Shown in pieces: positions 1-9,625 of a stretch of DNA of 64,000 nucleotides (the first letter of the stretch is position 1; the number at the start of each line of letters is the position of its first letter). The position numbers were made by a program, and so were the translations under genes. The DNA lies in the IMG/VR virus record IMGVR_UViG_3300028920_000001, positions 1 to 64,000 of that record. One strand, 5' to 3'. The notes beneath the pieces were generated by a model. That model saw only the letters and a list, made by a program, of their open reading frames with translations. It made no database searches and was not told the DNA's origin.

Positions 1-2
1 GA

Positions 3-1211
3 TCATCAGGAAATCCAAGAATCACTATTGGTGATGGGGGTCAAACTGCTGCCTGGATTGAAACTTCAACTTCATTGAATTTACAAGTTGGTGATGATGA
101 AGCTGTACTAATTAAAGATCAGAATGGAGAGATTGCACGTTTTGATGGGATTGGTGGTACTGGATCATCAGGAAATAGTCGTTTATTATTTCCAAATAGT
201 GATGGTGGTGCTATTGCTGCCTGGATTGAAGTTAATTCAGAAAGTGGGGCTAATGGGTTAGATCTAAATATTTTTGCAGGTGGAGGTGATGGTGAATCAA
301 ATACTAGTGGAACTCTTAAATTACATGGTGGTTTAGGAAGTAATGGGGCTGATGATGGTGTTGTTGAAATTTATAACGGTTCTACTTTAATTGCTACATT
401 CGATGGTTTAGGAAGTCGACGTTTGTTGTTTAATTATACTTATCAAGATGAAAATGCAATAATTAAAGTAGAGGATTCTACTGCAGCAGCTGCTACTCAC
501 ATTGGCGGGAATTTAACTCTTAGTGCTGGTGCTGGTGGACTTAGAACTGCTAGTCCTAGTAGTGCTGGTGGTGATATCATATGTTTAGGTGGAACTGGTG
601 GAGAATGTTCGGCTACTTCTGGTTTAGGTGGAATTGGTGGTGATGCCATATTACAGGCAGGTGCTGGTGGAGAAGGCTCTGGCTCAGGTGCTAATGGTGG
701 TGATGGTGGTAATATTATTATCAAGAGTGGAAATCGTGGTAGTGGGGATGATGAAGATGGGGATGATGGTACTATTCAACTTTATATTGGTTCAAGTCAA
801 AATGTAGCTAATTTCCGTAATGATGGTTCATTTGAATTAATTGGGAGTTCACCTAATACAGCTCCTGCGGCTAATTCTTGTATTATGTGGAGTAATTCAG
901 GTTTACCTTATGCTAGGATTGAAAGTTCAACTCAAGATTACAAAATCACACTAGAGTTACAAGAGATTCTTGCTGAATGGAATCCTTCTTCAATTTCTGC
1001 TCATACTCGGGCAACAACTACTCAATCAGTGTCTGGGGCAACTACAAGTGATCGGGTTTTAGTAACTCCGGATGGAGGTTTAGAAGACGGTTTGATTGTG
1101 TGGGGATATGTAAGTGCTGCCGATACTGTTACAATAGTGTTACAAAATGTTACTGATGGAGCTATTGATCCATCCGATCGTGATTATTATATTTCAGTGT
1201 TCCAAGCGTAA
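3..1211 (+). CDS. Tail fibre / Gly-rich virion protein, 5'-truncated by the window edge
   Basis: The frame is open from base 3 (SSGNPRITIGDGGQTAAWIE...), so the TTG at 75 is not the true start. Contains repeated GG-rich units (GGNLTLSAGAGG, GGDIICLGGTGG, GGDAILQAGAGG) and a C-terminal 'VSGATTSDRVLV...VSAADTVTIVLQNVT...IDP' module typical of phage tail proteins. Confidence 0.7.
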   Translation, partial: SSGNPRITIGDGGQTAAWIETSTSLNLQVGDDEAVLIKDQNGEIARFDGIGGTGSSGNSRLLFPNSDGGAIAAWIEVNSESGANGLDLNIFAGGGDGESNTSGTLKLHGGLGSNGADDGVVEIYNGSTLIATFDGLGSRRLLFNYTYQDENAIIKVEDSTAAAATHIGGNLTLSAGAGGLRTASPSSAGGDIICLGGTGGECSATSGLGGIGGDAILQAGAGGEGSGSGANGGDGGNIIIKSGNRGSGDDEDGDDGTIQLYIGSSQNVANFRNDGSFELIGSSPNTAPAANSCIMWSNSGLPYARIESSTQDYKITLELQEILAEWNPSSISAHTRATTTQSVSGATTSDRVLVTPDGGLEDGLIVWGYVSAADTVTIVLQNVTDGAIDPSDRDYYISVFQA

Positions 1212-1234
1212 TTATATAGATTCCATATTTTCCT

Positions 1235-1278
1235 ATCTTGAGTAATAATCCAGATATCATTAGTATATTGGCGACATT
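1235..1278 (-). pseudogene. Remnant duplicate of part of the nucleotidyltransferase gene (encodes CRQYTNDIWIITQD)
   Basis: 44 bp identical to 1947-1990 except one mismatch; no in-frame start codon. Confidence 0.6.
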
Positions 1279-1373
1279 CAACGCTTCGTTCGGATCCGTT
1301 CTGGGAATTCTTCCATAGAACTTTAAATGATAATGTTCTTACTGTAGGCGTTCGGAATTTTGGTGGTACTTAA

Positions 1374-2105
1374 TTATAATCCGAGTTTTTTTCCGTTCTT
1401 TTTCTCTTCGAGTTTGGTTTTTAGTCCTTGTCCCAGTCCATATTTTTTTCTACCTTGAAGCCATAGAATTAGTCCTTCTGGTTCATCAAAATCTTCAGTC
1501 CAATCATCAATAGTGCATAAATTTCTGAGTTCAGTTGGGTCTGAGGTAATATAACGATGGCAGTCCATGGAAATTAATGCCATTTTAATACAAATCATTT
1601 TTTCTTTTATGTATCCTGCGTGAGCCGCCCATTTTATATATTGACAATGGCTAAGAAATTTAAACTGGTTGTGAATTCCAAATTTCATTCCATAAATTTC
1701 CCAACCTTTTTTACCGGTGAATTCACTATTTTTAAATCGGCCGTAAAAAATTGGATCATGCTTGTTAATTTGAAATATTTTTGTCAAAGCTTCATCAGTA
1801 AAATAAGTATCTCCAAATAATATAGTAGTGTAATGTTTAGTCCATAAATTAGTACTACATAATACTTTATCAATAGCATTTACGTGTTCTTGAATACCAG
1901 CAGTTACATTTACGTTTAGTTTATTTGCTAGTTCTTCAATTTGTTGATCTTGAGCAATAATCCAGATATCATTAGTATATTGGCGACATTGTTTAATGGT
2001 ACGCTCAAGAAGTATTTCTCCTTCAATAAATGTTAATTGCTTAGGTACTCCTGTATAATTTCCCCAACGTTGTCCATCTCCCCCACATGGAATGATGACT
2101 CTCAT
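1374..2105 (-). CDS. Sugar/choline-phosphate nucleotidyltransferase-like protein (GT-A NTP transferase fold), paralog 1
   Basis: N-terminal IIPCGGDGQRW..VPKQL matches the GxGxR...PK signature; also ILFGD and a late TEDFD motif. Confidence 0.75.
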   Translation of the reverse strand: MRVIIPCGGDGQRWGNYTGVPKQLTFIEGEILLERTIKQCRQYTNDIWIIAQDQQIEELANKLNVNVTAGIQEHVNAIDKVLCSTNLWTKHYTTILFGDTYFTDEALTKIFQINKHDPIFYGRFKNSEFTGKKGWEIYGMKFGIHNQFKFLSHCQYIKWAAHAGYIKEKMICIKMALISMDCHRYITSDPTELRNLCTIDDWTEDFDEPEGLILWLQGRKKYGLGQGLKTKLEEKKNGKKLGL

Positions 2106-2788
2106 ATAGATAACTTATATTTTTTTCTTCCTCTTTGCCAATTAATTAAATCTATAGGCTTATCAAAATCTTCAGTCCAATCATCAATAGTATGAAAGTA
2201 TTTAGATGTTTCACATCCTGTATAATCAAAGCTTTGATTATGAATAGAAGATAGAACAGATTTGATATAGTCAATTTTGCGCTTTGGTTGACCATTGATA
2301 ATAGCTTGCCTTACTTTTTCGCAGTGATCATTAAGTAGAGAATGATCGGATGGATTGAATTTCAATGCATAGATTTCGGGACAGTCTTTTCTAGTTAATT
2401 TACTTGTATGAAAGCGTCCATAAAAAGTAATGATTTCTTTTTCCTTACAAATTATGGTTTGTATGGCTTCTTCAGTGAAGTAAGTGTCACCAAATAAAAT
2501 AACTGTTGGTGAAATAATAGTCCATAATTTTCTACTGCACATTATTTTGTCAATATAAACTGGATACGAATACTTAATTCCTTGACTTAATCTGACATAT
2601 GATGGACAGATATTTTTGATTTTTGGATCTTCAGTTATGACCCAGATATCATTTGTTCCGAATTGTTTACATAGTCTTATAGTTCGTTGTAAAATGAATT
2701 CTTCATTAACAGTAACTAGTTGCTTTGGTACTCCTGTATGATTACCCCATCGTTTTCCATTTCCACCGCATGGAATGATGACTCTCAT
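2102..2788 (-). CDS. Nucleotidyltransferase-like protein, paralog 2
   Basis: IIPCGGNGKRW..VPKQL, ILFGDTYFT and TIDDWTEDFD are shared with 1374-2105. Confidence 0.75.
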   Translation of the reverse strand: MRVIIPCGGNGKRWGNHTGVPKQLVTVNEEFILQRTIRLCKQFGTNDIWVITEDPKIKNICPSYVRLSQGIKYSYPVYIDKIMCSRKLWTIISPTVILFGDTYFTEEAIQTIICKEKEIITFYGRFHTSKLTRKDCPEIYALKFNPSDHSLLNDHCEKVRQAIINGQPKRKIDYIKSVLSSIHNQSFDYTGCETSKYFHTIDDWTEDFDKPIDLINWQRGRKKYKLSI

Positions 2789-2804
2789 ACGGTACGGTAC
2801 TTAT
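2789..2804. promoter_or_regulatory. Putative bidirectional -10 promoter for leaderless transcripts
   Basis: 16 bp between divergent ATGs; TACGGT (+) and TACCGT (-) lie 6 and 5 nt before the respective starts. Confidence 0.5.
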
Positions 2805-3455
2805 ATGTTTGATTGGAAAAATACCGAAGCCATCATCCCGGCAGTGGTGTCTATCGCTGAACGAGCTGATTCTCTGCGCCAATTATTAGTGGACTTATCT
2901 ATTCAATGTCCAGGGATTAGTGCTACAGTAATACCACAATGGAAACAGAGCCCTAGATCAAATCCTAGATTGGCATTTGAATCGATTACCAAAGGCCTTC
3001 AAGGAATGTCTAGTCCTTGGATATTTTATATGGAGGAAGATATTCAATTATCTTCCAAGTTTGGAGAATTGGTACCGGAAGTATTAAATAAAATACCTGA
3101 TGAATGTGGTGCGGTTTCTTTCTTTTCCCCAAATAAAACAGAACAAAAACTGGTACGATTAAATGGATCATCATTAAATGAAGCTGGAGAACCTTTTACT
3201 TACGCGCAATGTGTGGCTATGAAATTAAAAGTAGCTTTAGCTTGGAAAAACATGATTTTACCTTGGTGGGATGCTGCTCCCTCTGGTAAAAAACGAGCTC
3301 CGGATATGGCACTAGGAGATTGCTGTAAGGATTTAGGATTGAAAATTCTTATTTATTTGCCTAATTTAGTTCAACACCGATGTATAGAATCCGGATTTGG
3401 CCATTCTAATCGTCCTAAGTCGTATACATTTATTGATGATTTGAATAATGTTTGA
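2805..3455 (+). CDS. Putative glycosyltransferase (GT-A, GT25-like), paralog 1
   Basis: Start reassigned to MFDWKN at 2805 to match its paralog. Motifs YMEEDI, D..LG and PNLVQH..SGFGH resemble GT25/GT2-type enzymes. Confidence 0.6.
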   Translation: MFDWKNTEAIIPAVVSIAERADSLRQLLVDLSIQCPGISATVIPQWKQSPRSNPRLAFESITKGLQGMSSPWIFYMEEDIQLSSKFGELVPEVLNKIPDECGAVSFFSPNKTEQKLVRLNGSSLNEAGEPFTYAQCVAMKLKVALAWKNMILPWWDAAPSGKKRAPDMALGDCCKDLGLKILIYLPNLVQHRCIESGFGHSNRPKSYTFIDDLNNV

Positions 3456-4083
3456 TTGGAAAAATACTGAAGCCATTATTCCAGCGGTAGTATCTATTGC
3501 TGAACGAGCCAAATCTTTACAACAATTATTGATAGATTTATCTATTCAATGTCCAGGAATTAGTGCTACGGTAATTCCACAATGGAAAAGCAATCCTAAG
3601 GCTGATCTTAGATTAGCATTTGAATCGATTGCTAAGGGTCTTCACAAAATATCTAGCCCTTGGGTATTTTATATAGAAGAAGATATTCAATTATCTTCGA
3701 GATTTGGGGAATTAGTCCCTGATATTCTAAATAATATGGGTGATGATTGGGGTGCAGTATCTTTATTTTCTTTTAATTCAGATGATGTTCGGATGCTTAG
3801 ATCCGGAATGCATTACTACAGAATAGATTTGATTTATTCACAATGTCTAGTAATGAAATTGGAAGTGGCGAAAGCTTGGGAAAAATCAATTTTACCTTGG
3901 TGGGATAATGCTCCGAAAACTAAAAAAGAGGCTATTGATGCCTCTTTTAGAGAGTGCTGTAAGAATCTTGGATTGAAGGTTTTTGTTTATCTTCCTAATT
4001 TAGTTCAACATCGGCTTCTAGCCTCTGGATTTGGTCTTTCTCATCGTCCGAAATCATATGTATTTATCGATGATCTTGACTAG
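3448..4083 (+). CDS. Putative glycosyltransferase, paralog 2
   Basis: N-terminus near-identical to 2805-3455; YIEEDI and PNLVQHR motifs. Confidence 0.6.
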   Translation: MFDWKNTEAIIPAVVSIAERAKSLQQLLIDLSIQCPGISATVIPQWKSNPKADLRLAFESIAKGLHKISSPWVFYIEEDIQLSSRFGELVPDILNNMGDDWGAVSLFSFNSDDVRMLRSGMHYYRIDLIYSQCLVMKLEVAKAWEKSILPWWDNAPKTKKEAIDASFRECCKNLGLKVFVYLPNLVQHRLLASGFGLSHRPKSYVFIDDLD

Positions 4084-4123
4084 AACTTTCATTTAGTAAG
4101 GTTATATCAAATTGGAGACAAAC

Positions 4124-4489
4124 ATGGCCGAACTACGTAAAATCACCATTCCCGATCTCATCAAAGTTAATGCCTTGGTTGAAGATGAAAAGGGCAATCA
4201 GAAGCGAGAAGTTCAAGATTATACTTTTTACGATTATGTTGGATATTTGATTAATACTCAAGAAGGTTTCAATAAAACTGGACCTGGGATCAGGGCTGGT
4301 GTTCGAATAATGAAAAAATTAAGTGAAGCTAAAGAGTCTGAAGATATGGTAAAATCTATTGTTATAGATGAGCCAGATTGGACTTTATTACAGGAAACTT
4401 CTGAAGAACCTCCACAGGGGTATCCATTTGGACCGACCAGACTTTTATTGTCGTTTTTGGATGCAATTAACGACGCAGAAAAGGTCTGA
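4124..4489 (+). CDS. Hypothetical protein, possibly a tail-associated chaperone
   Basis: ATG at 4124 preceded by GGAG; lies in the structural module. Confidence 0.5.
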   Translation: MAELRKITIPDLIKVNALVEDEKGNQKREVQDYTFYDYVGYLINTQEGFNKTGPGIRAGVRIMKKLSEAKESEDMVKSIVIDEPDWTLLQETSEEPPQGYPFGPTRLLLSFLDAINDAEKV

Positions 4490-4953
4490 TGAGTAACGGT
4501 GGTGGTTCCTGGGGTACTTCCTGGGGATATATCTGGGGTAGTGGAGGTGCTGTCGGTGCTTCCACTCCTTGTGGTTTTGCATTCCCAATTTATCAAATTC
4601 CATTTGGTACTGTATTAGGTCGTGCGGATCTTGATAGATTTACTGGAACCCCGGATACTGGATTTTTAACTCTCGGCACGCAAAGTCCTGGTTTAGTATA
4701 TTTTTCACCGGCTTTACTTGAAGCTCGCCCGAATAATCAAATAGATATTGATAGTTTTGAAATAACTACTCGGGCTTTTGAGATCTATGCCCAACCAAAT
4801 CAAGAAAATAATAGACTGTTTAGATTTGGGCCCAATAGTTTATCTCGCACAAATAATTATTTATATAGATCACAGCCCTCTGAATATACTGCTGTTGGAA
4901 TATTAACTCAGACTTTACCTCCTGGACCAACTGTCGTATACGGAATATTTTAA
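4489..4953 (+). CDS. Hypothetical virion structural protein
   Basis: Coupled to the upstream ORF; W/G-rich N-terminus (GGGSWGTSWGYIWG) as seen in baseplate-associated proteins. Confidence 0.5.
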   Translation: MSNGGGSWGTSWGYIWGSGGAVGASTPCGFAFPIYQIPFGTVLGRADLDRFTGTPDTGFLTLGTQSPGLVYFSPALLEARPNNQIDIDSFEITTRAFEIYAQPNQENNRLFRFGPNSLSRTNNYLYRSQPSEYTAVGILTQTLPPGPTVVYGIF

Positions 4954-4978
4954 CTTTTGATTCAGAGGAATTAGAGAA

Positions 4979-5635
4979 ATGTTTAGAAAACCTGCGAAAA
5001 TAGAACGCTTCAATCCAATGAGATCAGCAGTCGTGGGTTTTGCGATGACTGCTTCAGACACGTTCCCTACTTATAAAGGTGAGATTTTCTGGGAATTAAG
5101 ACATAAAGACGGTCAGATTGAGAAGGGACACTATCAGAATTTAGTTACTTTAGATGCTGGAGTTCTTCTGGCTCGTTTGATGAAGAGTCCTACTACTCCT
5201 AATGTGTCTGAGCCTGCTCATGGAGTTTTTGCATTGGCGGTCGGGACCGGGGATGTAGGTTGGGACCCTCTAAATCCTCCCCCAGCTACTAATACTCAGC
5301 GGTCTCTTTATAATGAGCTAGCTCGAAAACAAATTGCTAGTACAGATTTCATTACATCGACTGGAACCATTAGTGGTGTTCCAACCAATAAAGTAGATTT
5401 CACGACCATATTTTCTGAGTCCGAAGCGGTCGGAGCTTTGACAGAAATGGGATTGCTCTGTGGGGATGTAAATTCAAATATGGCAGTACGGAATCCTATT
5501 TTGCCTGCCAATGGAACTTACGATACTACCGTAGATGTAACTGGTAAGGATATTTTAGTTAATTATATAACGTTCCCAGTAATCAATAAGCCGGCCACGA
5601 GCACCTTACAATGGACATGGCGCTTAACTTTTTAA
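4979..5635 (+). CDS. Baseplate / tail-collar fibre protein
   Basis: Pattern NLVT..G..LLA, LAVGTG, T..L.NEL.RK, F...EA.G.LTE.GL, I.K.....L..TW.L.F is typical of myophage tail-collar/baseplate proteins. Confidence 0.65.
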   Translation: MFRKPAKIERFNPMRSAVVGFAMTASDTFPTYKGEIFWELRHKDGQIEKGHYQNLVTLDAGVLLARLMKSPTTPNVSEPAHGVFALAVGTGDVGWDPLNPPPATNTQRSLYNELARKQIASTDFITSTGTISGVPTNKVDFTTIFSESEAVGALTEMGLLCGDVNSNMAVRNPILPANGTYDTTVDVTGKDILVNYITFPVINKPATSTLQWTWRLTF

Positions 5636-5653
5636 TTAAATGTAATTTTATGA

Positions 5654-7537
5654 ATGCATATTGATGAATTAAAGCAATATTTAAATTTAGAAAAGACTAA
5701 ACAAGAATTTGGTGAACCTAAAAATAATAAATCAATAGTATACGTGATTTGTGAGGATTGCCAATTAGACAGACAAATTACAATCCAGTCACTTAAGAAT
5801 AAACTTAGGTTAGATCGGGGGACTCGTTGTAATGCTTGTGGTACAAGATTTTCTTGGACAAATCCTGAAAGAAAAATTAGACAACAGCGAGTTTGGAAAG
5901 ATCCGGAGTATAGAAAGAAACAATCTAAAATTAGGAAGAAACAATGGGAAAATCCTGAGTATCAGCGCAAACAAGCTACTAAGACTGAGGCACGCAAAAA
6001 TGACTCTTCATATCAAGAAAGGATGTCTCGTCAGTCTAAAAAGCAATGGGAAAGGCCTGAATATCGAGAAAATCAGATAGAAATCCAAAAACAATTATGG
6101 AAAACTGAAGAGTATCGAAAAAATCAAAAAGCATTTAAGACTGAGGAATTTAAAAGAGGTCAATCTGTAAAACAGCAACAAGTATGGCAAGATCCTGAAT
6201 ATCGAGAAAATCAATCTGTAAAACAGCAACAAGTATGGAAAAGACCTGGATATAGGAAGCATCAATCAGCAATTCAAAGTCGAATTTGGAATAATCTAGG
6301 ATATCAGGAGCGGCAGTCAAAATTACAAAAACAGGTATGGCAGAATTTTGAATATCGGAAGCATTTTGAAGAAATTTGGGGAAGTGAAGAATATCGAGAA
6401 AAATTATCTAAATCTTTAACAGAAAAATGGAAAAATCCGGAATTTAGAAAAAGAGCTTCTGAAGCTGCAAAAGAAAGGTGGAAAGATCCGGAATTAAGAG
6501 AAAAACTTTCTATTGCAATTAAAAAGATGTGGGAAAGGTCTGAATATCGGGAAAAACAATCACGGGCTCAAAAAAGAAAATGGGAAGATCCTGAGTATCT
6601 AGAAAAAATGGTACAAGCCAGGTCTTCCCAACTCGGAAGAAGATCTTCTATTGAAAAAATTACTGAACAAATTCTTGGTTTAATTGGAGTTAATTATGAA
6701 ATAGAAGTTCCGATCGGTAAATATAGATTCGATTTTTACGTACCCGAACATGATTTATTCATAGAATGTCAGGGAGAATATTGGCATTCTATAGAAGGAA
6801 GACCTGCTCGAGATGCGGCCAAGTTCACTTATTTTGAAAAGGCTCAACCTGATTCTCAGATTTTATATCTTCATGAACGTGAGTTCTTAAATCCTGATTT
6901 AATAAGACGAAAATTGTTACTCTCCATGTTTGGGGACGGATTCAACTTTATTCAAAAAGAATTCAAATTTTCCGATCTGGCTATCCGTAAATTTGAACGG
7001 AAATCTAAAGAACCTCGTTTGTTCTTAAATTCATTTCATTATGCCCAATTCGGCAGGTCAGCTAAAGTAATTTACGGGGCTTATTTGGAGGATGAATTAG
7101 TTGCAGTCTGTAAATTTACTACTCCGGTTAGGAAAGAAGTTGCAACCTCGATGGACTATGCCTATTCAGAAGTCCTGGAATTAGATAGATTCTGTATTCA
7201 TCCGGAATATCAAAAGAAGAATCTTGCTTCTTGGTTTATCTCTCGATGTTCCAAATTAATATTTCAAGAATATCAAATTAAATGTCTGGTGTCATTTGCT
7301 GATTCAACTTATGGACATTTCGGGACGATTTATAAGGCTGCTAATTGGGAAGAGATAGGAAAGATTCGACCTGATTATCATTATGTTAATGATGATGGGT
7401 TCATCCTACATAAGAAAACCTTATATAATCATGCAGTGAAAATGGGTAAGAAAGAGAAAGAATACGCCGAAGAATTTGGATATCGAAAGGTGTTTGGTAA
7501 AGAAAAGATTAAATTTGTGAAAAAGATTCAATTGTAA
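5654..7537 (+). mobile_element. Free-standing homing-endonuclease-like gene: NUMOD3-like repeats + PD-(D/E)xK (Vsr/DUF559-like) nuclease + GNAT/Mom-like domain (Hef-like)
   Basis: More than 15 ~15-aa W..PEYR..QS repeats; RFDFY...IECQGEYWH nuclease motif; C-terminal FL..FHY, ELDRFC, LVSFAD..GH.GTIYKA.NW. Confidence 0.75.
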
Positions 7538-7764
7538 TGAATGTATTTTTCTTCATGATAACGGCTGAAGAATACCTTAAGCATTATTGTAAAGAAAATA
7601 ATATTAATTGGAATAAGCTTACTCGAGCTGAACAATTTATGTTAACTAGAAAAATTCCTTGTACTATTCGTTGTTTTAGAGTGGGTGGACCTGTCGATCT
7701 AGATGAAGATGGGACTTGTCCTGAATGTGGTGCAATTTGGTTAGCTGATGTTATGGAATCATGA
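7537..7764 (+). CDS. Small Zn-ribbon protein ending in the VMES motif
   Basis: CxxxC and CPECG; ends LADVMES*. Confidence 0.65.
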   Translation: MNVFFFMITAEEYLKHYCKENNINWNKLTRAEQFMLTRKIPCTIRCFRVGGPVDLDEDGTCPECGAIWLADVMES

Positions 7765-7976
7765 TTGTTGACATCCACAGGTGTCATCGGATTCCATGTA
7801 AAAATAAAGTAACTTATTATGTTAAAGTCACCTGGCCTTATCGATTTATGGATAATCAACGTATCATTGGAGTATGTAGCCAGCATAGATACACTGGAAT
7901 ATTTGGTGCATCTAAACATGATATTGAAGAAATTGGTAAGGAAGAAGCTTTTGTTTATGAAATCATGGAATCTTAA
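7761..7976 (+). CDS. Small Cys/His protein ending in the IMES motif
   Basis: ATGA overlap; C..C..CxxH; ends FVYEIMES*. Confidence 0.65.
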   Translation: MIVDIHRCHRIPCKNKVTYYVKVTWPYRFMDNQRIIGVCSQHRYTGIFGASKHDIEEIGKEEAFVYEIMES

Positions 7977-7977
7977 A

Positions 7978-8351
7978 TGAGACGATTTCTTTTACGACGT
8001 GATAAGGATGTAACCGGAATTTCCGGTACCGGAGTGATAGCCGAAGGTGTTATATTTGATGAAAAAGGAAAACCTGGGGAAGGAAAAGTTGTGCTTCATT
8101 GGCGCACATCAACATCTTCAATAGTTATTTATGAAAGTTTGGATGGAATAAAGAAAGTTCATTGTCATAACGAAAATACTAAAATTGTTTGGATAGATTG
8201 TTGTAAAACTTGTATTCATCTACAATGGTATGACGATAAAGGTGGTCAATGTTGGGGAACTTCATGTCCTGTGTATTATGAAGACTCATGTCCTGTGTAT
8301 CAATCTTCAATTCATCCTGAAATAATTGTGAAAACAGTGATGGAATCATAA
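7978..8351 (+). CDS. Phage hypothetical protein ending in the VMES motif
   Basis: F.L.R..DVTGISGTG.IAEGV.F..G...L.W domain common in phages, followed by a Cys-rich segment; ends IVKTVMES*. Confidence 0.7.
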
Positions 8352-8394
8352 TTTTAGGAAAGCTGTCTTTTTGTTTTTTGTCTGCAATTAACGT

Positions 8395-8454
8395 GGACGG
8401 ATAGGGTAAAAGCTCTCGCCCCCAAGAGCTTACCCAACACAGCCCTATCCGTCC
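8395..8454. other. GC-rich nested stem-loop (possible structured RNA or terminator)
   Basis: GGACGGATAGGG pairs with CCCTATCCGTCC; inner AAGCTCT/AGAGCTT stem. Confidence 0.55.
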
Positions 8455-8469
8455 CTTGTATTATTTTTA

Positions 8470-8814
8470 TTGATATCTATGTCGCACTATTTTAATTCAT
8501 TTGAGGAAATGTGGGATGCCATAATTGATTTTATTTCCCATAATCCAGATGCTGTAATTTTATGTAATGATGATCCGTCTTCAAGAAAAATTGGATATTG
8601 TGCATACGCTTACAATAAAATTAATACATATTGGACGATGGATGTTAAACCATATAATGCTTATATCTGTAAACATTTTAAATCGGATCAAGATGTCAAT
8701 CCGACTGTATTTAATATTCGTTTGATATCAGCGGCAGCACTAAATCAAGGGATAAAACTTGAAAATTTTGATCCTGAGAATTGGCACCTGTTGTCTGATA
8801 TTCATTTAACTTGA
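8470..8814 (+). CDS. Hypothetical protein
   Basis: 114-aa ORF; ends LLSDIHLT*, a degenerate version of the tail motif. Confidence 0.55.
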   Translation: MISMSHYFNSFEEMWDAIIDFISHNPDAVILCNDDPSSRKIGYCAYAYNKINTYWTMDVKPYNAYICKHFKSDQDVNPTVFNIRLISAAALNQGIKLENFDPENWHLLSDIHLT

Positions 8815-9246
8815 CATAATTTCATTAACTTGACATAATTTGCATTTAGGATGATGCCCTACAAATAAGTCGGCTACAATTTCTTTGCATTCTGGACATG
8901 GATATGAAGTGATTACAAAACCTCCACCACTGACTATGACTTCCAATTCATTCTTATTTTTAATTACCACTACTTTAGATACATCCATTTCATAGTTGAT
9001 TGATAAATCAAGAGTTCTAATTATACGATCATGGATTGTTGGAAATTCCCAGCTTTTGGGTACTATAATATCATTGTTAGGTATGGTGGAAGCTAAATTT
9101 TCTTGAAATTCAACTTGGATTTCCCCGTGTTCATACCAAATTTGCCCTTTTTGGTCTAATCTGTAACCAAATTCATCTAGCATCTTGTAAATTCTATTTA
9201 TTTCTTGATGTGATTGGGTCCAGAGATACTGCATTAGTTTATTCAT
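8806..9246 (-). CDS. Hypothetical protein with a C-terminal Zn site and IMSS tail
   Basis: Start reassigned to MNKLMQ at 9246, which removes the overlap with 9260+; CPEC..H..C..C; ends QVNEIMSS*. Confidence 0.6.
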   Translation of the reverse strand: MNKLMQYLWTQSHQEINRIYKMLDEFGYRLDQKGQIWYEHGEIQVEFQENLASTIPNNDIIVPKSWEFPTIHDRIIRTLDLSINYEMDVSKVVVIKNKNELEVIVSGGGFVITSYPCPECKEIVADLFVGHHPKCKLCQVNEIMSS

Positions 9247-9259
9247 ATTACATTTTAAT

Positions 9260-9583
9260 GTGATTTGTATCAGATGTGGGACCCATCTTTGGATATCTGA
9301 AAATCCGGTCAAATGTCCGTATTGCAAAACCTTAAATTATCCTGCTCCAAAGCCTGAATTCAAATCTCAGACTAGACCTGAATATTACCAAGCTAAACGC
9401 GAAAAATATAGCCCACAGAATCAAATTAGACGATCTCTTCCTCAACCCCCAACGGTTGGGCTCGGAGACGCTGTGGAGATGGTTACCCGAGCTATAGGGA
9501 TTAAACCTTGCGGGGGATGCAAAAAACGCAAGGAGACGTTTAACAGGGCCGTCCCTAATATACGTCGTCCTTGGAGACGTTAG
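9260..9583 (+). CDS. Zn-binding phage protein
   Basis: N-terminal CxxC..CPYC and C-terminal GLGDAV..TRAIGIKPCGGC..R motif. Confidence 0.6.
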   Translation: MICIRCGTHLWISENPVKCPYCKTLNYPAPKPEFKSQTRPEYYQAKREKYSPQNQIRRSLPQPPTVGLGDAVEMVTRAIGIKPCGGCKKRKETFNRAVPNIRRPWRR

Positions 9584-9625
9584 TATGGTTTATTGCAGCC
9601 TCTTATAGGGTCGGTCATTTGAATA

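Noticed and set aside
5860-6620. Periodic ~45-bp repeats that might be a CRISPR array
   Set aside because: The repeats are degenerate, in-frame and encode W..PEYR protein repeats; there is no constant repeat with unique spacers.
7745-8351. ATGGAATC gene ends as purely translational-coupling (ATGA) signals
   Set aside because: The Met codon is in-frame within the upstream gene and is not the next gene's start. The motif also occurs at convergent gene ends (35231/35234, 8806) where coupling is impossible.
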